Shown here: piece after piece, positions 49,686 through 62,325 of the stretch | Layout of the letters: every line of letters begins with the position of its first letter | How positions within the stretch are numbered: position 1 is the first letter of the stretch | DNA from: Marsupella aquatica | Taxonomy: Eukaryota; Plantae; Marchantiophyta | Assembly (NCBI GenBank): GCA_973895155.1 | Contig: OZ316897.1 | Span: 16,057,375 to 16,121,374, forward strand | DNA: 64,000 nucleotides | Direction: 5' to 3' | Position numbers and translations under genes: made by a program | Notes under the pieces: generated by a model | Seen by the model: only the letters and a program-made list of their open reading frames with translations | What the model was told of the DNA's origin: nothing | The model's database searches: none

Positions 49686-52600
49686 AAAACGGTTAGGTAA
49701 GAAGAACCAAATTTGATTTTCATATTTGATTTTCATAATGCGTTTTAGGTTTTCCCATTGTAACCATTTATGGTATTCTGTTGTATTTACAAGAAAGCTC
49801 TTTATGGTTATTCACTATTTGCTTCCTGGTGACCTGTTTCTCCCCGTTCTCTAAAAGGATTTGTGAAAACTGTCTACTACAATTGCAAAGCTCGATTGTT
49901 AGCATGGTTTTAGCAATTGCAGGGCTCGCAATTTGGACACACTTGGAGCAGCACTTTCAGCTACTCTTATGTTTCAATCACTGGTGACCAGTCGCTGTTC
50001 ATACTCGAGAGAACGATTCATGGAATCATTTGTGTGCCAAGTCCCTAATACAATTTTTGAAGCAAGGAAATCTATCCTTGGTTGTAGCAAAGAACGAGAT
50101 GCAAAGGGTGAAGCTGTTGAAAAGTGCTCTGTTCCCTGTGGAAATATACTCCAGGACCCAAGTATGACGCTCCCCAAACTGCCGATCCCAGCTGTAGAAG
50201 CTGCACTTTCCGAAGCTCCTACTTACATGCTCCAACTGCCAAGCGCAAGTTCTGGAGACTGAAGTTGCAGCTCCCTGGCCTTCAAGCTCTAAGCTCCAAA
50301 CAGCGAGCGCAACAGCCTCCATCGTCATGCTGTGTGAAACTGAATTTGAAAAAACCCTTTTCATGTGGTGTTGAATACTTCAGTCTTCCTGACAAGCATT
50401 GAGCGTCTCCCATTTCGTACCTCTGGATCATCTAGATTCAACTCAAAATTCCAAAGACCAGACTCGTGCCTGGTATCTGAGCTCGTTGCCCACCCAGTCA
50501 TTCGTCATTCCAGAGTGGTAGAACTACAAATGTCATGCGACACCACGACATTTTGAGCTCTTTTCTTCTTCTGTACAGGCTCTATGCCATGAAAATTTCG
50601 CAACCTGGATTTGGACCTTCTTCTGCCGTCCAGGTCCAGCAAGTTCAGAGTTCCAGGAACTCTTCAAATTGCGATACAAAGCAATCTTGTCTAGCAAAAT
50701 ATTTTCCAAACTACATCCGTAGTACCAAAGTGGAACAGCCCCTCTCAACTCCAGCTTTGTGGACAAAAATTCAATCTTTCTGCTTTCAAATCCTCCTCTT
50801 CTTCTTGCGAGGAGGAACAGCCAACCCGCCAGTGTTTCCGCGAGTAATGATTTCTAGAAATGGATCACCTCGTGGTCTCTTCCTGTCTACTCCTTCCCGG
50901 CTTCTTCCACCAGTGTCTCTATCACCTGCAATAACAGAAGGAACGAACAGTCAGTACAGCTTGCTTTTGACATGCACCAAAAGGATGACCAAGTCACTTA
51001 ACGGAGTAGAATGTAGAGGATGTAGGAAACCCAGGTTCAACTTCAAGGGTTTAAGGGCTCGATGATCGGAAGCTTGAGAAGTGGGAAGCAATACTAGCAC
51101 TGAATGGGGGTATATATCATCAGGAAAACCCTAAACTGAATTTACGGAAAACTGACCTAAATCGTGGGTAAAATCGTCGTCGTCCCCATCTTCATCCCCG
51201 CCAGTGCCCCAAACAAATGTGCTCAGATCAAAAGTGCTTGTGCTAGCATCACACACGTTGCCGTGCGCCATTTCACAACACTTGTTTTTGGAACGTGCAC
51301 CAACAGAGCATCCTTTCTGTCCACAAGTACCCGTCCGGCAGATACCACAATCATCCTCATCACCCCTAACGCTGCTGAGGATTCCCACCCCATCTCCTTC
51401 AGTGTGCCAAATGTAAGTGCTCAAATCGTGTGAGCTGGTGCCACAGTCGCGCTTCCGGGAACAGCAGCAGTAGCTGTGGGTACTGGATCGATGCAGGGAG
51501 CTAATGTTCTCCACACCATTGGCCTTTGCACCCTTCGCCTTGAAAAAATACTCCTGAAAAGCCTCGATCATGTCCATCGCCCCCTTCACGGCAACAATCG
51601 GACTCTTTACTAGTAACCTTGATGAGGGAGAAGACCTTCTGTCCGGGGAAGGAAGTCATTGGCATCTCAGGTGCTTGGCTTGTCGACGAAGCTAGGTGGT
51701 CAAATTGGACTCCTACTGCCAGAAGGGTAAGAGGACCCACACCGCCATAGAGGACTGTAGGACAGCGAGCTGAATTCAGGACGTCAAAATTCATGCATTG
51801 ATCGATCTATCGGTGAGGTCTTTTCGAATTCCTGGAATTCCTTCGAAAAACCCACAACACGATGGTTCTTGAGATTATTGGTGGTGTGTCCCAGTACCTC
51901 CTTGAAGGGTAGATCATTCTGGCCAGATTGACGAGATCCCACGAAGACCCTTTGCTCTTTAAGGTCTACTGTTCGTGGGGGACTCATCACTTATTCGAAC
52001 CCCTTGTGTCAAATGTTTCCTTTTCTGTTTTACAGGTGGCACTTATGGCCAGTTCAGAAACCACATTTTTCGGTCACATTATGACTGTTAGGTCTATGTA
52101 GAGTCAGATTCCAGGCTGTTGATTTTGGCAAATAAATCAGTCAAACTTTTCAAAAATAACTTTGCAGCATTTGCAACTCACTTCACCCCATACCAAATGT
52201 GCAAAAGTTCGCACAAAAATGAAACATTGATTCGAACCCCTTGTGTCTGGTGTTTCCCTTTTGTGTCTGAACAAGTGGCACTTATGGCCAATTCAGAAGA
52301 CTCTGTACCGACATTATGACCATTAGATCTGACCTATGGCATTGATTTTGGCAAAACATCACTAAAACTTTTTAAGAACGTCTTTGTACCATTTGCAAGC
52401 ACCTTCACTTAAACGGGTGAAAATGAATACACTTGGGTCCCACTCTTAGACCCTGCTAGCCATTTGCATTCCATTTAGCTGATAGGAGAGTGATCATGGA
52501 CAATATTTCTTAGTGTCAAGTATTTTGTGTGCATGGGCTTTTGGTGTATTGGGGATGTTTAGGGGATGACTGTACCCCACTTTTAGTTGGGGGTTGGATC

Positions 52601-54348
52601 AAAAGCTAATATGGGTATGCAAGGATTGAACCTGGTGCCCAGAGAGGCAGGGCTGTGTGGTAGGTCACTTAAACTTAAACTATTACTCATGCTACAAAGT
52701 ACCCCAGGCCTTGAGCAGTCTCCTGGCTTTGAGGAAGGGATTTGTCTACAACAGAGTTTCATCTATAGTGGAATTGTTTGTTATGTGGCCAGATCAGGGT
52801 GAGTTGATTATTATATAGCCACAGATGCAGGGTGAGTTGAGCACGTCTTTCAGTTGAACTACTCAGGATTCGAATAGAGATTGAAATTGCCAGAAGGGCT
52901 TGAGGATGTGCTTTGCTCTAAGTTTTTGCTGGAGCAGAATGAGACAATTTTGAGAATGATACAATTTTGAGTTCACAGCACTGCCTCATGACTGCAACCG
53001 TGTTTCACAAGCCAATCTGAATTCATCAGAATTTTGAAGCCCAAATCTTAGAGGCCCACAAAAGGCCGAGGCACAAGTTGTGTAAATTCCTACAATACTT
53101 ATGATGAAGGGGTGGTTTTCTACTGGTATACATCTCTCTAGTACTTGCATCAAACTATTTTTATAGATTTTTTAATAAGTTTTTTATAGAACATTTAGGT
53201 AAATTTCTGAGTTGTGAAAGAAAAAGGATAAAACCAAGGAATGAAACCAATCTCACTTTGTTGTACTTTGGTGGTAGTTGCCTCTCTTTTGCCCCATGAC
53301 ATCTTTTACTCAAGGACATTGTTTATGCAATGAGAACTTTGAAACAAAGAAAATCTTTCACTCAACTAATATATATTTTGCAGAATGTTATTTGAGCAAC
53401 AACTCATTTTACTTAATATCTTTAATGCAACAACATATTCTGTGCAACACACAAAGCTGATTGGACGCTACACTCTGGAGCATGTGTTTTCACTCTAGAC
53501 CATGACTCTTGCCTGACAAGCTTTTGTGTGAGGAATTAGATGGGGAAGGCATTGTGGGCCACGGCAAAGCTTGGGCATCCAGGTTAGTCTTTTAATGAGC
53601 CTAATCTATCTAATAAAACGCCGTCAAAAGCTAGGATAAGGGCATGCCATCTAAAGTGAAGCCTCTAGACTGCCAATTTACTAAACTCACATACCAAACT
53701 ATTTCTACCAAACTAGACTGCAACTCTAGGGGCACTACTAGGGTTGCAGGTGGAACTTGGGGTCCAACTGAGGTTGGGGTGGAGATGGAGATGGTACTCA
53801 CCATCTGTATACTACCAAAGCTGGAGCTTTCAAGCCAGTTTATTTATTTATTGTATAACTACAAAAAAAGCAGGGAGACAGGATCCCAAAGGCAACACAA
53901 CCCAATAAAGGGGGGAAAACAACCAAAAGAACAACTAAAACACAAGAGCCAACAAGCCCAAGAGACCTAACGGCCAAAGAACCAATGAAGCAAAGCCATG
54001 GCCAGATGGGATCCCAAAGGCTAGAAAACCCAATTTTGCTTTGAAGGGTGGGGGGGGGGGGACACAGGAAAGAACAAGGAAAACACAAGAGCCCACAAGC
54101 CCAAGAGACACAATGGCCAACCTATAAAAGCCCTACTGAGGCACAGCCACAAACAAAAGCTTGATAGAGCTCTGGGGTAAACTGCATAATTATATAGGAG
54201 GGTCGCCTAAGAGGGATGTGACTAATCAGCTGTGACTAATCAGCCGTGACTAATCAGCCTGTCATTGCGGGGTTGCTAAATTGCCTGGGAGATCAATTTA
54301 CCACAGCCACCATGAATCACCCTCCACCATTCTTCGTTGATCGACGAG

Positions 54349-55287
54349 CTACAGAAACAATTCTGCAAGCGAAGCATCCAGGCCCAACTCGAACGAGGAC
54401 CTCGTCTGATTCTTGCCCAGCTTCAAAACCTTCTTGAACATCGATTGCGCTTCTGGAGTCACAGACAATGGATTGAAGGCCGCGATGTCCGCCTCGAGCA
54501 CACTCAGCGGCGGATTCAGCGACTGCAATCCGGCTTTCGTTGCATTCAGCCCCCCTGCAGGCCGCAGCGCAATCCTCTCCGCCAGCTCTTCGACCTTCTC
54601 CTCCAGCTTCCTCCGGCTCGAGAAACAGTCGTTGAACAAGCCCAGCTCCTTCCCCGTCTTGCAATCGGCGCTGTCGCCCGAGAGCAGATACTGCAGCGCT
54701 CGGCCCTTGTTGATCAGCCGACCGAGAAATTGCACCCCTCCCACTCCGGGGATCACGCCCACCGACGTCTCCAGAGCTCCCACTCGTGCTTTCGGGCCTG
54801 CGAAGCGCATGTCCATCTGCAGGAGCAGCTCGTTGCCGGCGCCGGTCGCTAGCCCATCGATTTCTGCGATGAATACCGTCGTCGTCAAGCTCTGGAGCAG
54901 ACGGGTCACGGCAATGTACTGGCTCACGAACGCTACCTTCTCGGGCGTGGAGGGGAGCACCAGTGCGTCGATGTCGATGTGCGTTATGAAGATGGCGGGG
55001 TCGGCGCTGCGGAAGATCACCACCTTGGGCGGTGGCGTGGTGCGGTTGGAGGGCTCGAGGGAGCTGAGGAAGCCGAACATATCCGCGGAGAGGGGCTTGT
55101 CGTAGAGGTTTATCGGAGGATTGGAGATGGTCACGGTGGTGATGTTGTTGGATGTGCTGATGGAGAGGGTGCCGTGGGGACTGCTCGTGGGGAGCGTTGA
55201 TGAGGTGGAGGCGGGAGGAAGGAGGGGGAGGGCGACAAAGGCGAGGAGGAGGAGATAAAGCCAGAGTGGATTGTGATGGTGGTCCAT
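54349..55287 (-). CDS. Enoyl-CoA hydratase/isomerase protein with signal peptide, copy 2, 312 aa, intronless
   Basis: Close paralog of 48196-49134 in inverted orientation; ATG (MDHHHN) at 55287. Confidence 0.9.
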   Translation of the reverse strand: MDHHHNPLWLYLLLLAFVALPLLPPASTSSTLPTSSPHGTLSISTSNNITTVTISNPPINLYDKPLSADMFGFLSSLEPSNRTTPPPKVVIFRSADPAIFITHIDIDALVLPSTPEKVAFVSQYIAVTRLLQSLTTTVFIAEIDGLATGAGNELLLQMDMRFAGPKARVGALETSVGVIPGVGGVQFLGRLINKGRALQYLLSGDSADCKTGKELGLFNDCFSSRRKLEEKVEELAERIALRPAGGLNATKAGLQSLNPPLSVLEADIAAFNPLSVTPEAQSMFKKVLKLGKNQTRSSFELGLDASLAELFL

Positions 55288-57595
55288 TTTGAGTGTTGAA
55301 ATTCCAACTTCAGCGCAATTCCCGCTCAATGACGGTTGCTATCGAATGTGAGATTGAACCGGGTGGGAGCTCCTTCTACCACGAGCCTAAACAGGAATCA
55401 ATAACCAAGGAAATCTGAACTGATCAGAAAATGCTGTTCCATAGCTACGTTCTTTCGCGAAAGATGATAATCTGCGCTAAGAAGTCTCTCTGCCACGGGC
55501 CTAAAGAAAATCGACAGAATACGGGCTGACCGATGGCCAGCATAAAGAACAGGATGTAAATTGCGATTCCTTACCTGAATTTCCCGCCGCACGCTGAGGG
55601 AGGAGCTCTATACATATGTCACTTCGCCTGTTCGAAGCACACCTTTTCGAGCTGTTCCTTTGCAAACACATCCATTAAAGGCTAACGTGTGGTGCATGGC
55701 CCATATCAGACTTGGGATGATTAACCATGCAGGACATAAGGTTCCTCTGTTGCTACTGAATGTGAAATTGAAAGAGCCTGAGAGATCGTCATAAATAGCT
55801 CTTGAGAAAGTCCGAAATTAATAATCCATCCTTAAGAATTGGCTTTCTGAACCTCAAACCCCTGTTAGTTCCAACATAGTATTCATGTATGGCAAGCACA
55901 TTCGTTCCTGTCGAGCTTCCTACAGTAGCTCCATGCGTCAGCTCGGCGACGGCGGCCGTGCTGACGTGAACTTACTACGCCTCGGCCGAACCTTGCCAAG
56001 TACCAAAGTTTTGGCTTCGAGAAAACATGATCGAGCTGCAAGCAACAGCCGAGATGCAGATTATGCAAAGTGAGAAGCATGCTGTTGTGCCATCTTGTTG
56101 TCTGGGGCAACGTATCTGGACGAAATCTGGGCACATTTCCAAGTGCATACCAGTCAAAGGGACACTCTCTTTGTACAGTGAATCTTTCACAAGTTCGTAG
56201 CTTTAAAAAAAGTCAGCTGAAGACATGACGGCATGAGTTGTGTTGACGACGCAGCGTGATTGGAAAGTTGTTGGACTCTAGGATATTTCCCTGTGTATAG
56301 CGTTACCCAAGTGTCGTTCATTATTATGTACTATACTATACTATCTTGAGATTTGCTCCACTCCTCGCGGGGATTTACGGGCCGGAGCACTCTCTCCCTG
56401 CACTCACTGCGATTACTTGGTTCGTTAGCTGTTCGTTCTCTTACGTGTTTATCTCGATTGATCTCCCGTATGATCACTGATTCATTCTTGCCAGCGTTGC
56501 ATTTTAATCTTGGATTGATGTGCGCTCCCTGCTGGGGCTCACCTCATTCATTGAGGATTACTAAACTTCTGTCGTAGAGTTTATAGAAGTTACATGCCGT
56601 CAGCACTATGATTCACGCTTCCTGTACACAGTGTGCAGTCAATTAGGCATCACAGATCCAAGGTTACAGATTTCTCGTGCTTTCTACATTGGCCAGCGCT
56701 TGTAATTCAATTGTGCAGCTCTGCGAACGCCTGTGCTCTTTGTAGCCCAAGAAATCAATAGCATGACGCTCCATTTCTTGCTCTGGCATCAATTTGGTAG
56801 GCTGTCTGAGCGTTCTCCGAGTCTCTTAACTTTAACCATCGCCGTGCCTTGCATTTATAAAATGGCGTGCCCGGTGTGGAGAATTGGAACGGAGACTAAA
56901 TTCTTACTGGGCTCTGCCGGTCCACAATGCTGTGTGAACTCCCTCGAAGTGTGACAGGAGAACTCCCTCGAAAGGACTACACACTCGTCGGCACATTAGC
57001 ACTGTACATCTGCCATGCAAAAGACTCCGATAATCCGATCTAATAAGTTTCAGACTGTGTATCTGCAATGTAAGACTCCGATCCCTAGTTGTGCGACTGT
57101 ACATCACATCTTCATCGTAGCTGCATCTCCGCAATTTCAGCTGTCTGCAATCGACGCTACTTTCGGACAAAGAATCGGCGACGAAGCGAATGTTGCCATT
57201 CAGTAAAGAACCTGCATGGGAAGTAGAAGAATATCCTTTCGGTTTGTGGCCTTCAATCCTCCCGTTACTGTAGGTGGTCCGCTATGCAACTTACTCCATT
57301 TCCGCAATCTCAGCTATATTTTACCTGAGTGTCGCTCTAGCCTTCTGAGATCAACCCGTCGGCGGATTTTGCATTGCAAATCTTGTCTCCCACTCAAGTT
57401 CGCACTGTGCAATTCTGCAAATTGGACATAAGGATCGTCGTCGTCGTAGTGCGAGTCGCTCAAGCGCTCAGCGCTTGCATGCATTCGTGCAAGAACAAGC
57501 AGCAGCATGGAATTACTGTGCGGTGCCTCGGAACATATTTAATGTACTGTGTTCGATATTCCTTTTACTGATCTTGGCGCGCATCAAATCGTTTT

Positions 57596-58190
57596 AGACG
57601 ATTGCGCTGCTTCCATGCCTTCTTTCTTGTTTCCAGTGATCAAAGTAGCATTCATCAATACTCTTCGACAATTGCGCTTCCATGATTGTTCTCTTTACTC
57701 CAAGAAACAACACTCGTCAATCCTTCAGGCATCATATACTGCTGGACAATTGCGCTTTCATGCATTTTCTCTTGTTTCTAAGAGACAAACATCCGCCATC
57801 AGATCCTTTGACAGCCGTGCTTCCAAGCCTTCTCTGTTATCAATAAAGAAACAAACAGCACTCGTCAAACCCTCGACAATTGAGCTTCTCAGAGACACGA
57901 ACAACGTTCATCAAATCCTGTTAGACAACTGTGCTGCCATGCATTCGCTCGTATCTCCAAAAAAACAACCAGCATTCATCACATCCTTTTAGCAATTGAG
58001 TTTAGTTCCAGGCCTCATCTCTCTTATCTCCCAGAAACAAACGGCACTGATCAAATCCTGCAAGAAAATGAGCTTCCATGCCTTCTCTCGTTTCTCCAAG
58101 AAACAGCAGTCAACAAATCCACTAGCTGTAGACAGCTGAGCTTTCAAGCCCTCTCCTGTATCTCCAAAGCAACAGCAACTTCAAGAACCT
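57596..58190. repeat. Degenerate ~66-bp tandem array, about 9 units
   Basis: Approximate consensus GACAATTGCGCTTCCATGCCTTCTCT...TCTCCAAGAAACAA.CAGCA.TC.TCAAATCC. Confidence 0.75.
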
Positions 58191-59319
58191 CCCGTGTTTT
58201 TCCGAAACCTCTGCCTTGGTCACTCCAATGCTACAAAATCCAAATGTACATTTGACTCATAACTATTTCCATGTAAAGTTTTTCCTCTATGATGGGGGTG
58301 GCCAAGCGTGCTCAAATAATATGTCCTTGGTGAGCAAACAAACAAAAAACAATGGTGATGGACTCTGCAAATAGCGAGTACTTGTTTTTGAGTGAATTAT
58401 CAATTTGCATAAATCAGGCCAAACAAGGTACACTGGAGAAAGCTCAAGAGATATCCAATGCGGACAGACACTGTCTAACAGCTCTGCGGCGGGGAGGTTT
58501 CTAAGGTTTCTATTAACATCGAGGAGCTCCTGGGCCGATCGAGCACTTGCCGAGCTCTCTGGGCAGAATCCCTGTGACGATCCGCCTTTACTTCCGCTAC
58601 GTGGCAACTGTGGACCTTGGATTTCTCTGTTTGATGAGACATTGCATTCGTTGGAAAGACAGCATTCAACTTTATCTCCACTCAGGCTCTCTGTGCGTTA
58701 GAATTCTTGGCTAAGCTAGTTATCACCTCGTATCAAACCCACTTAATACGCGAGCACTCGGCACCGATTGGAACTACCCTGCTCTATATTCTTAATGTCG
58801 CCTACGTGTGTAATTGGGCACCCTGGTCTTATGACTTGACTAAACGAGTGTTAGCACGGCTTTTCTGGTCCCTATCTCCCTATAATTCAAGGAGCTTACT
58901 GAGGACGCTCTACCGTCTTGCGATGTATTATGATTCCTCTCCTTGTGAGAGTCAGTCACGCATTTTATTGAAAAACTTCCACATTCTGTTGGTTTTCCAG
59001 TGTCCATCCTGTCATTTTCCCTAATTCATCTCACAGGTGAGATGAATGAGCCGAGAACGGTTTAATAGAGGTCCTGTAGTGAGAGCTTATTAGTGTGCGC
59101 CTTTCATCCATAGTACAACGTAATCGCAGGCAGCAGACAAAACAACTACCCCTGTTGTAGCTCGGTAGCTTGACGAAGAAGATTTTAGCTCCACGAGAGG
59201 AAACCGGGGGAATGTGTGTCCTGGGGCTCAGGTTACACTAGTAGCACAGTAGTGTGAACTTCTCAATGCCCGTCCGCCTTTCATCCATAGTACAAAGTGA
59301 GCGCATGCGAAAACAACTA

Positions 59320-59623
59320 CAGTATTGCTGGTCGAGTGGTCTGTCTCAATAAGGAAATCTACGTTCCAATAAAGTATGACCGAGAGGGCAAGTTGATGGT
59401 GTTTAATTGCTCTACTGAGAAGTGGAGGTTGGTAAACAATATCATGCTAGGGAGACCGTTGTTTGTGATCGGTAAACATCTTTTCAGTCTCTCAGATTAC
59501 GTGAATGTGTGTGATCCTTCCTCGAATACCTGGAAGCTGGTACAGCGTATCGAGTATGACAGGTTTCGTCGGGATTCGTTCCGACAGTCGTGCGTTCGGG
59601 CCCTTGCAGTCACGAACTGCTAG
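59320..59623 (+). pseudogene. Kelch-repeat fragment (F-box/kelch-like remnant)
   Basis: VVCLNKEIYV...MVFNCSTEKWRLV and VIGKHLF...VCDPSSNTWKLV resemble kelch blades; no start codon or F-box seen. Confidence 0.5.
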
Positions 59624-62325
59624 GTCTGATGCGGCTTAAGGATGCAAACAGCCGTTGTTAACTTCTGTGCAGGTCTGTGGGCCCGACCGTTAGTCTGGGA
59701 GGTTGTGCACCATGATCGACTGACTGCCGAAAGCTGCCTCGTCGGGACAGTTGATCTTTAAAGCTCTACTCCCTAATGAAAATCGCAAATGATCAGCACC
59801 GCTGAACTTCTCATGACAGCATTTCGTAGACTGATTTCATGATTTCGTAGATTACATTCATGTAGAGGGAAAATATTTATAGAAAGAAGTTCGCAGAGAA
59901 CATTGTGAGTTCGAATCGAGGGGAAAGAGGATGAGGGGTTTCGAATAGTTGGTCATTATGAATTTCATAGGGCCCTTAGTTAGATGTAAGAACCAAAATA
60001 GCGATCCGAAGAGGCAAGCCAACAGTGTTAAGAAAAATCTAAGATGCTAGGAAGGAAGCAATTCTCCTGTCCAGGCAAGCTGTTGCAGACGAGCTCCTCT
60101 GCAACCTGAGCCAGTCACATTGGGGAAAATCGAGGAGGACCTGAGCTGGCAGTGAACAACAAAAGGGAGGCTTGTTACTTGTTTTCCCACTTTGGCCCTT
60201 CGTCGTGTTCATTCAAGGCATGATCACCTTCCAACCCGCCCAGATGCCCATTGCGCGTTCACGCTCGTCAATTGTCAACTGGGAGTTCACCACTGTAGTG
60301 GCAAGATGTCTACTTCACTTTAAATTGGGTCGTTTACTTTTGCTGAATTTTCTCAGCAACCCTAAACCCTTAAACAATGTTTCTCTTGTCGAGATCACGC
60401 CAACATGGTGAGGAATGCCATAGTCTCATCACAAAATCCTGAATTACTACGTCTGTCTAAAATGAACTTCAATAAGTTGCATGTCCGGAAAGCAGATTGA
60501 CTAAGTCTCAGGAATTGCTAGCGTGCCAGTGTCTGCATAGTGCAGTTGGGTGCTGATGGACAAGTTCTCTATCCGATTGGATGTACGACGTGCTTTCTAC
60601 AATGGCCAGCACTTGTAAATTGATAGTGCAGCTCTGCAAACGCCTGTGCTTCTCGCACACGAAGAAATCATTAGCATGAAGCTAAATTCTTGCTTTGACC
60701 TCAACTTGGTAGGCTATCTGAGCATTGGCCAGAGCACCCGGACGCTAGTGAGGATCTGTTCTCGTTAACTAGTGAGCTCTAGATCAATTGTGAAACAATC
60801 TTGTCCTGTACCGCTAAAACAACTCGTTATCACCGAAAGCCTTTTGTAGCTGTGTCTACAAAGTGTCTCTGCTCTGAATCTCCCTAAACTCGAACTTCTG
60901 GAAGTCTAAGAGTAATTGTAGAATGGAAGTATCGTAAAGAATAAAAGTCTACAACACTTAAGACCCGATGCTGTTCCTGGGAATCACGCCCTCGAATTGA
61001 GAGTTCTGCTGGCTTCTGATTGAGGCTTCGATCACCTCTATAGTAGATGATGAATTTGTCCAATTCCCTGCCGTGTTCGACATTGTGGCACTCTCCCTAT
61101 TCGTGCTTCGATCTTGTAATTACCAAGTAGATCACGAATACCTTTGTCTAGCAAAAGCAATCACTTCGTTGCACTAAGTCCTCAAACATTTAGCTATGAG
61201 GTAGCTCTATGGCTGCTGATAACCTCAAATAAAACGAACTTCAGCCAAACAACAACTAGAGTCGTAGCAGAACAATCTGCAAATGCATTAAGAGTTTGAT
61301 GAGATAACCAGGATTGATGGTTGTGGCAAAAGCAGCTTCAACCTGGTACACTATGGAAATTGTCATTAAGGGCTTGGGGAATTGCCTCAAGAAGTACAGT
61401 AGGAGAATTGTCTCAACTTCAGCTTCATTCTACAGTAGCAAGCTACACTTTCTCTTATGCCTTTCCAAAACCAACGTCTCAGCCTTCGCTGAGCAAAAAT
61501 CCTTGCCATCAATCCTGGTCACCGTATCGCATGGTCAGCATACCTTTCCCGTCTTAATCTTTGCTGAGCAAAATCCTTGATTTACTGTGCACCACTAATG
61601 AACCATACACCAAATTTCTGAAGAGAGCCTAAAATTTGACTTTTGAAGAGAGACTACATCTGAAGAGTGGCTAAATTTTCTGGGCGGCAAAATGTTTTTA
61701 AATGATTATTTTTGGCGCAGACTACTATACTACGGAAGGCCCGCCAAATGAGACGTTCAGATTACTACCGAAGTGGAAGGAGCAGCGGAAACTACTCACG
61801 ATTGATCCGAGTCAGACATGCTCGAGCTCATCTTGCCTCCTGTTCCCACCTTCACGGGAGCCGCCCTATCGTTGGAAGGAACCTCGGAAATTGCACGACT
61901 TTCAGTGGAAAAATTGGAAGTGTCTCACGCTCACCTATGGTAACTCTTCGCCTTTCTGCCACAGTCATGACCAAGCTGCTACCAGCAGACCCTTGTCATC
62001 AGCTGAGCGCTGTTCGTGTTACATCCCAAATGTCACTGGGGAAGTACTGTAGAATTCTTGTGCAGACTTATGTGAACTCGTCGCTGCTCAAATAGGCGTT
62101 GCTGAGCACGGATTCTCACTGCACATGAATTAATACCTAGGATCTCGGCGCCTTGCAAGTAACAGGATTGGAGAATTGAGGGTTTAGCACGGCTTTGGCT
62201 TCCATTGTACCGTATGCCTGGTGAGGGATTGTAACTGGCAGTTCGGAGAGGTGAGCGAGTCGCTGGAGTGCACAGGAATTGCCATTCATCTCACAGATCA
62301 TTTTTCGGCCAAATCAGGAGGCGAC

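Noticed and set aside
62221-62325. 35-aa N-terminal extension of the NmrA ORF (also the 14-aa extension of ECH copy 2)
   Set aside because: Non-ATG starts from the ORF caller; the NmrA upstream part contains a likely splice acceptor (TCTCACAG), consistent with 5' UTR.
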